From IMG/VR virus record IMGVR_UViG_3300025769_000089: DNA of 64,000 nt; one strand, 5' to 3'. Within the stretch, counting starts at the first letter, position 1. Every line of letters begins with the position of its first letter. Made by a program: the position numbers and the translations under genes. Shown piece by piece: positions 9,574 through 17,615 of this stretch. The notes beneath the pieces were generated by a model. It was given only the letters and a program-made list of their open reading frames with translations. It ran no database searches and was not told the origin of the DNA. The DNA comes from an uncultured virus (IMG/VR IMGVR_UViG_3300025769_000089). Lineage: Duplodnaviria; Heunggongvirae; Uroviricota; Caudoviricetes.

Positions 9574-10084
9574 CATATTTGTATTAGACGAAGACCCAGC
9601 GCAAGCCGCTAGATACCTAGACGATGTCAGACTGCCTAAGATGTGTGTAGAGTCAGCACAGATGATGGCATCAGCCCTGCGTAGGCATGGTGCTACTGAT
9701 GAGCAAATGCCTCTTACCAAAGCAGGTAAGCCCTACAAGGGCGGCTACGCTCACCACCCATGCACCGTATGGGTAGGAGATAGTGAAGCCAACTTCGTTT
9801 GGATGGCTGTTCATGCTCAAGAATTAATAAGTGAATACACAAAGCGTTTCGGTAAAATACACGCATGTCAAACTCCAATTTTTGAAATGGTTGATTTGGG
9901 ATTTGTAATGAGTGACGATTGGCCTAAAGGTAAAACACCATTCGCACAGGCTATGCCCGACGAATACAAAGACGATGATGTAGTCAAAGCCTACAGGTCT
10001 TACTACAAGTCTAAGCAATACAGCAAAGGTGGTGTTAGATACATCCGAGCCGATGTTCCTACTTGGTGGGAGGTGACGGCGTGA
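9569..10084 (+). CDS. Pyrimidine-dimer DNA glycosylase (DenV-like) family protein
   Basis: MNIFVLD...KMCVESAQM...HHPCTVW...EYTKRFGKIH...AYRSYY; start moved to ATG 9569. Confidence 0.75.
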   Translation: MNIFVLDEDPAQAARYLDDVRLPKMCVESAQMMASALRRHGATDEQMPLTKAGKPYKGGYAHHPCTVWVGDSEANFVWMAVHAQELISEYTKRFGKIHACQTPIFEMVDLGFVMSDDWPKGKTPFAQAMPDEYKDDDVVKAYRSYYKSKQYSKGGVRYIRADVPTWWEVTA

Positions 10085-10236
10085 GTGAATGTTTTGATGA
10101 TGAGTATTGGGAACACCATGCAAAGATGCAACTACTGAAATGTACAGGTTGCACTGGTTGCCCTGTTACTTACTATCCTCTTGCTACAATTGTAGGTTAT
10201 GGTTTAGAGTGTGAGTGTGTGGAGGTGACAGCGTAA
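10081..10236 (+). CDS. 51-aa Cys-rich hypothetical protein (repeat-flanked cassette)
   Basis: GTG start after GGAGGTGA; ends EVTA* like the upstream gene; 13/14 direct repeat at 10069-10082 and 10221-10234. Confidence 0.55.
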   Translation: MSECFDDEYWEHHAKMQLLKCTGCTGCPVTYYPLATIVGYGLECECVEVTA

Positions 10237-10529
10237 TGTCACACATCAAATCCATGAGCGACACCGCTAAGAAATACATCGACATCATCATGAGTGACGG
10301 TAAGGTTCGTAATGCTGGGCAAATACTTGATGAGTTATATGAAAGCAAAAAGAACAGTGCTAACAGATACATACCGACGAGAGGTGAATTGAAAGACTAC
10401 ATGCACAGGAACTATTCAAGTGAGGTTAGGAGGGAAAGACACCCGTTGTCGTTGTCTAATATGACTAGCAAAACAACAAGGGTCACATATTATTGGAGGG
10501 AAATGAATGAGAAAAATACACATAGTTGA
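10236..10529 (+). CDS. Hypothetical protein, possibly winged-helix DNA-binding
   Basis: ORF track 10215-10529; ATG 10236 after GGAGGTGA; the fold is a guess. Confidence 0.55.
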   Translation: MSHIKSMSDTAKKYIDIIMSDGKVRNAGQILDELYESKKNSANRYIPTRGELKDYMHRNYSSEVRRERHPLSLSNMTSKTTRVTYYWREMNEKNTHS

Positions 10530-10749
10530 ATCAGCAGATGGAGAAACCGAATACGAAGTGTTCTGTAAAGAATGTCACCCAGACGGCGAAGTCTGTTGTG
10601 ACAGATGCTTACACTACAACGGCTTCGAGATACCATGCAAAGCATGTATCGGTGAGGAAGAAGAATACGACAACCTATGCTCTGACTGTAAGGTAGAAGT
10701 GGATGGCGTTATCGCTGACAGATACTGGATAGCAAATGGTGAGTTGTGA
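10507..10749 (+). CDS. Multi-CxxC zinc-finger protein
   Basis: CKEC, CDRC, CKAC, CSDC. Confidence 0.65.
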   Translation: MRKIHIVESADGETEYEVFCKECHPDGEVCCDRCLHYNGFEIPCKACIGEEEEYDNLCSDCKVEVDGVIADRYWIANGEL

Positions 10750-11018
10750 TGGCAAGAGGATTCGAGCAAACGATTCGCTGGCGAGTGCCATGTACTTCTG
10801 TCAGATGGCGAGGCAAGGCCGAGGTAGTCATGAGTGTGGCTGACCCGATTGGCAACAGCCCTGCTATGATTGACATCAGAACTAGAAGAACAATCGAACA
10901 TCACAAAGGTGAAGGCTTTACGAGAGAGGGCGTAAGGCTGACACAGGAAGACGCAATGAGTCTAGCCAAAGCATTACTACACACCCTCGAAGAACTGAGG
11001 GAAACGGATGGTAACTAA
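10749..11018 (+). CDS. PC4/YdbC-like ssDNA-binding protein
   Basis: IDIRT...GFTREGVRLT pattern typical of the PC4 family. Confidence 0.6.
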   Translation: MARGFEQTIRWRVPCTSVRWRGKAEVVMSVADPIGNSPAMIDIRTRRTIEHHKGEGFTREGVRLTQEDAMSLAKALLHTLEELRETDGN

Positions 11019-11628
11019 GCAATGTGTGGTTTGTAATACGGAGTTTGAGACAAATTATAATCATAAGAAGACTTGTAATAAAGAGTGTTCAAGGCTATAC
11101 AAAAATAAGTGGAATAGTAAGCGAAAGAAAACTAAAAGAGTAAAAGAGATGCTAAGACAGTGGAGGGATAAAAACCGCACAAAAATTAATCAAAGGAATG
11201 TGGAAATATACTATGAGAATATGAAAGATAAAAACTATGTCAGTAAACGAAGAAAGCAAATGAGAGAATACGCTAGATACAGGAATTCGATAGATGTTAT
11301 GTGGAAAATCAACAGTAGAATGAGGAGTAGTTTAAAGTGTAATTTATTACGCAACTCAATTAGTAAAACATCTACCACATTCAAATTGTTAGGCTACTCG
11401 GTTGTTGAATTAAGAGAACATCTTGAATCACAATTCACAGATGGTATGTCATGGGATAACATTGGTGAATGGCATATAGACCACATCCGCCCTATATCAT
11501 CATTTGACTACGACTCAACAGACCACCCCGACTTCAAGAAGTGCTGGGCACTAAACAATTTACAACCATTATGGGCGAAAGATAATTTAACCAAAGGTAA
11601 CAAATGGGATGGAGTAGTGAACGCATAA
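11008..11628 (+). CDS. HNH endonuclease (probable free-standing homing endonuclease)
   Basis: N-terminal CxxC..CxxxC, basic helix, GMSWDNIGEWHIDHIRP...NLQPLWAKDNLTK; AT-richer than flanks. Confidence 0.8.
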   Translation: MVTKQCVVCNTEFETNYNHKKTCNKECSRLYKNKWNSKRKKTKRVKEMLRQWRDKNRTKINQRNVEIYYENMKDKNYVSKRRKQMREYARYRNSIDVMWKINSRMRSSLKCNLLRNSISKTSTTFKLLGYSVVELREHLESQFTDGMSWDNIGEWHIDHIRPISSFDYDSTDHPDFKKCWALNNLQPLWAKDNLTKGNKWDGVVNA

Positions 11629-13082
11629 TGTTACTAGCAGAAGCAGCAAACATTTCTGAGAGTCTCAGGAAACTGTATAGGAACTACATGACTGATGCAG
11701 AGAATCGGTCTACCCACTTCCGCCACTCGATAGATATTATCAGAGAAGCGGTTAACAATGCACTGGATGACTTGGGTGAATTGATTGAGATATTCTACCC
11801 CAAGTATTCACGATACCCTAGACAGTTCATTTCCTTTAGAGAGTTGAGAGATGATGTCTGTAAGAAGTTATCAATCTCCCCCCTAGTATGGGATGAATCC
11901 TTTGCAGGTAAACCAATGGTGCCCCTGCTGTCATTGGAGTCACCCGAATACGGAGGGGAAGGGATGACAGTCAAGCAGGCACTCAACCTCATGGCTCGTA
12001 TCAGAGATGTTGGCTTTCTCGAAATTGCCAGCAAAATGCATGAGAAAGAAGCCCTACTCTTTTGGTCAAGGGCGACTGGTGAAAGACCCATGATGCCTAT
12101 CGCTAGATTCTTGCAGATGGTTACTTACCTTACAGATGGTCATGCTCAGAGCCTACAGTCAATCAGACAGATGATGGAAACCATGCAGCCCGCTGAGATT
12201 ATTCAGAAGTTGTTTGGTGACGGTATGACTGACATGGAGATAAGAACCATGCAGCCCGGACAGGCTTTCAGCGGCCCTATCTATCGGGCATGGGACAAAT
12301 TGATAGCGCCCAGCAATGTATATGCTGAGGTTATCAGCCACCCTCGTAGGTATCTACACATCACTGAGTTCCCCAAGGGGCAGTTCAAGGGAGTCCTCTA
12401 CAACAGAGACAGGCAGGTCATCGGTAAGACTGGTAACCTACCCCTTGAGCAAGAAGGTATCTTTGAAGTAGAGGCCGAAGGTGTGGAGATAAAGTCAGTC
12501 AATGACATCATGGCACTGGGTAATGACTGGGACATCTACAAGTTAGATTACATAGACAGGGTATCTTTCCTTGAAAGACTCAGTCTGTCAGTACCAGTCA
12601 AGACAGGTAAGGTCATCGAGCCTTCTTCGGATATCAGCCAAATGCTTGAGATTCTGGAGGACAATGAAAGACTGAGGTTGGTTTCTACTGGAGCCTTCTC
12701 TATCGGAGGAGACGGAGGCTGGTTGGTTCTCAAGGATGCTTTCCATGTTCACTTGCTAGTGAACGCTATCATGAGAGACGAAGAGTACAATGTTCACATT
12801 CGAGTATCATCCCTAGATGGATACGAAATATACGAGGTAGGACAGATGAAACTAAAGACCAATGTGGCTCAGCATGTAAGGCAGCGCTTAGCCCAACAGG
12901 GAGTTCTTGTCGGAATGAACTGGCTACCTGTAGATGAATACGCAATTGTGGTTACCATGGAAATAAATGAGTTTGATTTGAGCGCCTTGTCGATTAAGAA
13001 TTGTAAGGTCGAATATGTTGATGACAATCTTGGCTATAGTGATGTCTCACAACTGACAGATTTGATAGAAATGGGGGCATAA
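11628..13082 (+). CDS. ATP-dependent DNA ligase homologue, apparently inactive
   Basis: Ligase-like motif order, but motif I KxDG reads EVISHPR; likely start ATG 11628. Confidence 0.55.
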   Translation: MLLAEAANISESLRKLYRNYMTDAENRSTHFRHSIDIIREAVNNALDDLGELIEIFYPKYSRYPRQFISFRELRDDVCKKLSISPLVWDESFAGKPMVPLLSLESPEYGGEGMTVKQALNLMARIRDVGFLEIASKMHEKEALLFWSRATGERPMMPIARFLQMVTYLTDGHAQSLQSIRQMMETMQPAEIIQKLFGDGMTDMEIRTMQPGQAFSGPIYRAWDKLIAPSNVYAEVISHPRRYLHITEFPKGQFKGVLYNRDRQVIGKTGNLPLEQEGIFEVEAEGVEIKSVNDIMALGNDWDIYKLDYIDRVSFLERLSLSVPVKTGKVIEPSSDISQMLEILEDNERLRLVSTGAFSIGGDGGWLVLKDAFHVHLLVNAIMRDEEYNVHIRVSSLDGYEIYEVGQMKLKTNVAQHVRQRLAQQGVLVGMNWLPVDEYAIVVTMEINEFDLSALSIKNCKVEYVDDNLGYSDVSQLTDLIEMGA

Positions 13083-13086
13083 TTTG

Positions 13087-13112
13087 ACTTCTTTTATAAA
13101 GGTCCTAAGTAG
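13087..13112 (+). promoter_or_regulatory. Conserved viral promoter element with TATA box, copy 2
   Basis: ACTTCTTTTATAAAGGTCCTAAGTAG upstream of the replication operon. Confidence 0.75.
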
Positions 13113-13127
13113 GTATGGTGTGATTCT

Positions 13128-14054
13128 ATGACTTTGAGGGAGAAATATAGACCGTCTACAGTGACAGACTTGGTTGGATGTAAAGAATTTACTGAGCCAG
13201 CCCAGACTTGGACACTTGAGACTTGCCCACCAAACCTGCTATTTGCCGGACCCCCCGGTGTAGGTAAGACTAGTGCTGCCTACGCTTTAGCAAAGGATTT
13301 GCTGGGTGAGTATTTCGACCCGATGAATTTCATCGTAACCAATGCAAGTGATGACAGGGGGATAGATTACATTCGCTCCCTCAAGATGATGAGCAAGCAG
13401 AAGGGAATCGGTGTAAGTCGTAGAATCATCTTTCTCGACGAGGCTGACAATTTTACAGCCCCTGCCCAAAAAGCACTTAGACAGATTATGGAAGAGAGTT
13501 ACAAGACTACCATATTCATACTGACTGCTAATGACATATCGGCTATACATTCAGCCATCCTTGATAGATGTGTCAAGTATTCATTCAAGGGTATAGACCC
13601 AGAGGACAATGAGCGCCTCGCAATGATAATTGAACAGGAAGGAATGCCACAAGAATGGATGGCAAACCTTCCCCACCTAATCAAATTCACAGGCGGAAGC
13701 CTAAGACAGGCTATCGACATACTAGATAGTCTTCCAAGAGAGTCGGATGCACTCATCAAAAGCATCAAACGAGATACACAGTATCTCAACAAAGCGGCTG
13801 TGCATCTTCTAGGAGAAGACTTCTCGAAGGTCACCGCTTATCTGGCACAGGCTCTTGAGTCTGGTCAGTCAAGACTGGGACTACTCAAGGGTCTCAGATA
13901 TCGTGCCAAGCCACTCATGGGGAGTGACGAAGAGTGGCACAATTTCATGCTCACATATGGCGAGTTCGTCATACTGGCTACGCAGTGGCCCGATGATGAC
14001 TTGGCATTTGTCGAGTACTTTATAGCAAAACTGAAAAATAATATGGAGAAATAA
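13128..14054 (+). CDS. rfcS: Replication factor C small subunit (clamp loader)
   Basis: EKYRP, GPPGVGKT, NASDDRGID, LDEAD, AQKALR, DRC, GSLRQAI. Confidence 0.93.
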   Translation: MTLREKYRPSTVTDLVGCKEFTEPAQTWTLETCPPNLLFAGPPGVGKTSAAYALAKDLLGEYFDPMNFIVTNASDDRGIDYIRSLKMMSKQKGIGVSRRIIFLDEADNFTAPAQKALRQIMEESYKTTIFILTANDISAIHSAILDRCVKYSFKGIDPEDNERLAMIIEQEGMPQEWMANLPHLIKFTGGSLRQAIDILDSLPRESDALIKSIKRDTQYLNKAAVHLLGEDFSKVTAYLAQALESGQSRLGLLKGLRYRAKPLMGSDEEWHNFMLTYGEFVILATQWPDDDLAFVEYFIAKLKNNMEK

Positions 14055-14056
14055 AT

Positions 14057-15346
14057 ATGAGTGAAAGCAATGAAACACAATGGCCAGCAGATGTACTAGA
14101 ACGACTGAGTGGTTACGGAGAAAGAGTAGGAAAGAAAGTAGGCGAAGCAGTGAATGAATTTAGTGCTTGGTTAAAGGTTGAATACAGTGTAGACAACCCG
14201 CTATCTGAGGACCCCTTCTACCTAACCCAATGGAGTGAACAGTTCGTAATCGAAACCAGAAACTTGGGTGGCTCAAGCGGCGGTGGCCGTGAGACAGTTA
14301 CCTTCGTTGGTATGTTTATTGGTGCAGAGAATGAGAACAGAGACCAAAGAGCAAATGTCATGGAAAGGGCTATGAGCGTATTCAAGTCTAACCGTAGCAG
14401 AGCAGTTGATGAAGGACATGTTGGTATAGTCACCGCCAAAGGTGGCGAATGGCATGTCAATGGACAACCTAGTGGTGAGAGGCTACAGGGTAGCGACCTA
14501 CCTTGGTTTGCCTTTGAGCACAACGACGAGATACTTTGTCTACTGAACAAGCAGAATGACAGCCCTAAGCCTATTGCACCTACTAGTGTCAGCAGGACAA
14601 TCTACTTCTTGGGTTCCGCTGAGGACAGTAACGAGATTAAGAAGTGGCGTGTCAATGTACAAGGTAACAACATGGATGCTCCTTACAAGCGATGGACTGC
14701 CTGTAAGATTCAAGTGGTTGAGCCTAAAGAAGACAGAGATACGCTTTACACTAACAGAGACTTTGCTGAGAAAGTAGAGTACACAGACAAGTGGCTACCA
14801 GAAACACTACGCAGAGCATTCTCAGCAGAACGCCTGCTAACAGATGACAACATGCACAATGAGTATGTTGACTTGGCTGACTTGCTTGAGGCTCACGGTG
14901 AAAGAAAGGTCATCGGAGCAAACGGTACTACATACAACCCAGTGGTTATCACCAAGGGTTACATTAGTCTACTCAACAAAGAACCTTCTGAGAGCACAGT
15001 AGACCCTACTGGTAGAAGTTACAGGCTCAACATCACTAACCTAGGACTACAGTCAAGATACGGTAGAGACAGTTTCGCCTCTAGCGTAACTGTATGGATA
15101 CCCGGTAGAATGAACGACGAAGACCATCCGTTTGAATATGAGTTGGATGGTATCGAGGGCAACTGGACTCCTTACGCAGAGAAGACACAGGTAATCATCG
15201 TCGGTAGATTGAGAATCCGACCTTACAAAGACGAGATGCTACCAAGCATTGGTGCTCTAGGTATCTATGTCCCGCACAAGACAGCAAGACCGTCTGGTGG
15301 CACAGGTAGCACAAATCTAAATCAATTCGGAGGTGACCAGCAATGA
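14057..15346 (+). CDS. Replication-block protein, possibly RPA-like OB-fold ssDNA-binding protein
   Basis: 429 aa, beta-rich C-terminus, located between RFC and an ATPase; function inferred from context. Confidence 0.45.
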   Translation: MSESNETQWPADVLERLSGYGERVGKKVGEAVNEFSAWLKVEYSVDNPLSEDPFYLTQWSEQFVIETRNLGGSSGGGRETVTFVGMFIGAENENRDQRANVMERAMSVFKSNRSRAVDEGHVGIVTAKGGEWHVNGQPSGERLQGSDLPWFAFEHNDEILCLLNKQNDSPKPIAPTSVSRTIYFLGSAEDSNEIKKWRVNVQGNNMDAPYKRWTACKIQVVEPKEDRDTLYTNRDFAEKVEYTDKWLPETLRRAFSAERLLTDDNMHNEYVDLADLLEAHGERKVIGANGTTYNPVVITKGYISLLNKEPSESTVDPTGRSYRLNITNLGLQSRYGRDSFASSVTVWIPGRMNDEDHPFEYELDGIEGNWTPYAEKTQVIIVGRLRIRPYKDEMLPSIGALGIYVPHKTARPSGGTGSTNLNQFGGDQQ

Positions 15347-16392
15347 GCGGTTGGGGAGCGTTAGCAGAAGGAAATAATCAGACAAGTTTGTCTGAGATTG
15401 CGCAAGTTGTTGAGGAAGTGATGGAAGAGCCGGTACAGGCACCTAGTCCTGTACAAGAGGCTCCTACTCAACAGCCGGTCACCTCCACCCAATTCGTCAG
15501 TAACTTTCCTGACATAGAAGCAGAGATGAAGGCTCAATCCAGCAACCCTGTCATATCCCCTAGCAGCATCTTCTGTGGTGTCGTAGGGCATGAAGGTACA
15601 GGTAAGAGTGGTGTTGTGTTTGATGCTCACTTTAATCGTTACCCGGATGGTTTGATGATGGCCATAGACTTCGACAACGGGGCACTATCATGCAAGCAGG
15701 CTCACTACAGAGACAGTAACAATGTCAGAGTATTCAGTCCTTGGGTAATGCAGATGGAAGACAGAACCGCTTACAACTATCTACTCACTTTCCAAAGAGT
15801 GATGGACATCGGTAGATATGCAATCGAGTATGCAGAGCGACAGCAAAAAGCAGACTTCGATGAGCCTCTTTTGAGGACATTCTTTGTCACTGGTGTAGAC
15901 CAGTTCGATGCCATGTGTATCGATTGTATGAAGATTTACGACCTAGACATGGATGCAAAGGATGCTATTGAGGCAAGTCACTCTAAGTTGAACCAAGAGG
16001 TTGGTTGGAACTGGAACATCCGTGCTACACGATTCAAGCAACTCACAGGTATCTGTAGGAAACTGAACGCTTTGGGTGTAGATGTTTACTGGGAAAGTCA
16101 TCTGAAAGAAGACAAGGATAGTCAGCCGGAGTTTGAAGGTTGGAAGTTTGCTTGGCACTCTAGTGCTAACAAAGACCTATGGCAGATTGTCTGGTGTAAG
16201 GCTAAGAAAGTTAGAAACAACGACGGCTCTACTACAGGAGAAACGCAGCACACTGCTACCTTCTTCAAGTCTAAATTGAATCCTAATTTGCACAATCAAG
16301 AAAGAGTTTACTTCGTGACCAACAAGGGAGAAGATGCCAAGTGGTATGGACTTCCTGAACTACGAGACGGGGCAATTGGAGGAGTACAGTAA
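15343..16392 (+). CDS. RecA-fold/AAA_24-like ATPase (Sak4/RadA-like recombination protein)
   Basis: Walker A GHEGTGKS, AIDFDNG, WESHLKE. Confidence 0.7.
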   Translation: MSGWGALAEGNNQTSLSEIAQVVEEVMEEPVQAPSPVQEAPTQQPVTSTQFVSNFPDIEAEMKAQSSNPVISPSSIFCGVVGHEGTGKSGVVFDAHFNRYPDGLMMAIDFDNGALSCKQAHYRDSNNVRVFSPWVMQMEDRTAYNYLLTFQRVMDIGRYAIEYAERQQKADFDEPLLRTFFVTGVDQFDAMCIDCMKIYDLDMDAKDAIEASHSKLNQEVGWNWNIRATRFKQLTGICRKLNALGVDVYWESHLKEDKDSQPEFEGWKFAWHSSANKDLWQIVWCKAKKVRNNDGSTTGETQHTATFFKSKLNPNLHNQERVYFVTNKGEDAKWYGLPELRDGAIGGVQ

Positions 16393-16599
16393 GACAGACT
16401 CATGGGGGTTTATCAGATAATAACGGGGAAATTTTCCGACTCACTGAGATAGTGGCATAGGTTTTCTTTGGCATTTGCGTGTTATTTTCCTCTTCTCCAT
16501 GAACCCGTTTCCCCCGCCTCTTTTGGCAAAACTTTCTGTGAAGCGCAGAAAATTTTTCCGAAAAAAAGATTTCCAGTCTATAGATAAAGAGTGATAATT

Positions 16600-17361
16600 A
16601 TGGTAGATTTTACAGTAAGTAGAGAGACATTCAACAACTTCTTAGGGAGTTTTGGTAAAGACCTAGGAGACTTGGTTATCAAGGTCACTGGTCAAGGTAT
16701 AGTAGCGTCGGTGGGTCAACAGACTCATTACATTCGTAGGAAGGTTGACTGCGGTACAGGGCAGACTGGTAACATATACATCAGCGACATACCCAAACTC
16801 AAGTCATTCATCACTACAGCAAAGAGCGCTGACCTAAATGTCAGCCAAAGCGCTAAGACTGGTACCTTGCACATTCAATGCGACAAGGCTAGTCTACAAC
16901 TCCCTACATCTTCTTACATCAAGTCCCAAGAAATGGTTGGCTTGATGGAAAGACTGATTCGTCAATCAGAAGAAGGTATGTGGCAAAAGTGGGCGAACCT
17001 CTCTTTGAACTACCACGCCAGAGTTACATCCGAATCGCTGAAACCAGCAACGGGCTTCAAGAAAGTCTTGGGTGACAAGTATTCCTGTAAGACTGAGTTC
17101 GACCCTCAAGGTCAGGAGTTAGTCATACGAGGGGGCAAGTCGGCAACTGGTAAGATGTTCGTACGGGCTCCTCTGAGTGACATCGCTTCGCCTGAGATTC
17201 CAGCAAGGTCGGCATTTGACAAGTGGCTACCAGAGTTATTATCCAATCTACCTAACGGTGAGTTGAACCTGTACACAGGTGATGAGACAGTGCTTGTATT
17301 AGAGCAACCGTCTACTAACTTCCTAATGGTGATAATGGACCAAGAATACGAGGAGGACTGA
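16600..17361 (+). CDS. Divergent PCNA-like sliding clamp
   Basis: About 254 aa with a clamp-like alternating beta/alpha pattern; upstream of PolB in an operon with RFC. Confidence 0.55.
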   Translation: MVDFTVSRETFNNFLGSFGKDLGDLVIKVTGQGIVASVGQQTHYIRRKVDCGTGQTGNIYISDIPKLKSFITTAKSADLNVSQSAKTGTLHIQCDKASLQLPTSSYIKSQEMVGLMERLIRQSEEGMWQKWANLSLNYHARVTSESLKPATGFKKVLGDKYSCKTEFDPQGQELVIRGGKSATGKMFVRAPLSDIASPEIPARSAFDKWLPELLSNLPNGELNLYTGDETVLVLEQPSTNFLMVIMDQEYEED

Positions 17362-17363
17362 AT

Positions 17364-17552
17364 ATGACTAACTACATACATGTGAATAACCAAAGAAGAG
17401 ATGTCTGTTGGCTATGCGGCGGTAGACTCATTTGGGGCGCAGACTTTGACCTAGATGATTACGGCTATGACGGAGAGGGTATAGTGGCAACATTACACTG
17501 CTCATCGTGCGGTGCCGATGTGACTTATGTACAGATACACGAAGAGGAATAG
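17364..17552 (+). CDS. Zinc-ribbon protein
   Basis: CWLCGG...CSSCGA. Confidence 0.7.
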   Translation: MTNYIHVNNQRRDVCWLCGGRLIWGADFDLDDYGYDGEGIVATLHCSSCGADVTYVQIHEEE

Positions 17553-17615
17553 ATATGATTCGTGAATGGTTAGATTTGTTGTTTAGACTGATTACTTTTG
17601 ATTCGTGGGATTGAT

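Noticed and set aside
12175..12260. Short repeat ACCATGCAGCCCG twice within the ligase-like gene
   Set aside because: In-frame 13-bp repeat encoding TMQP; no evidence of a function
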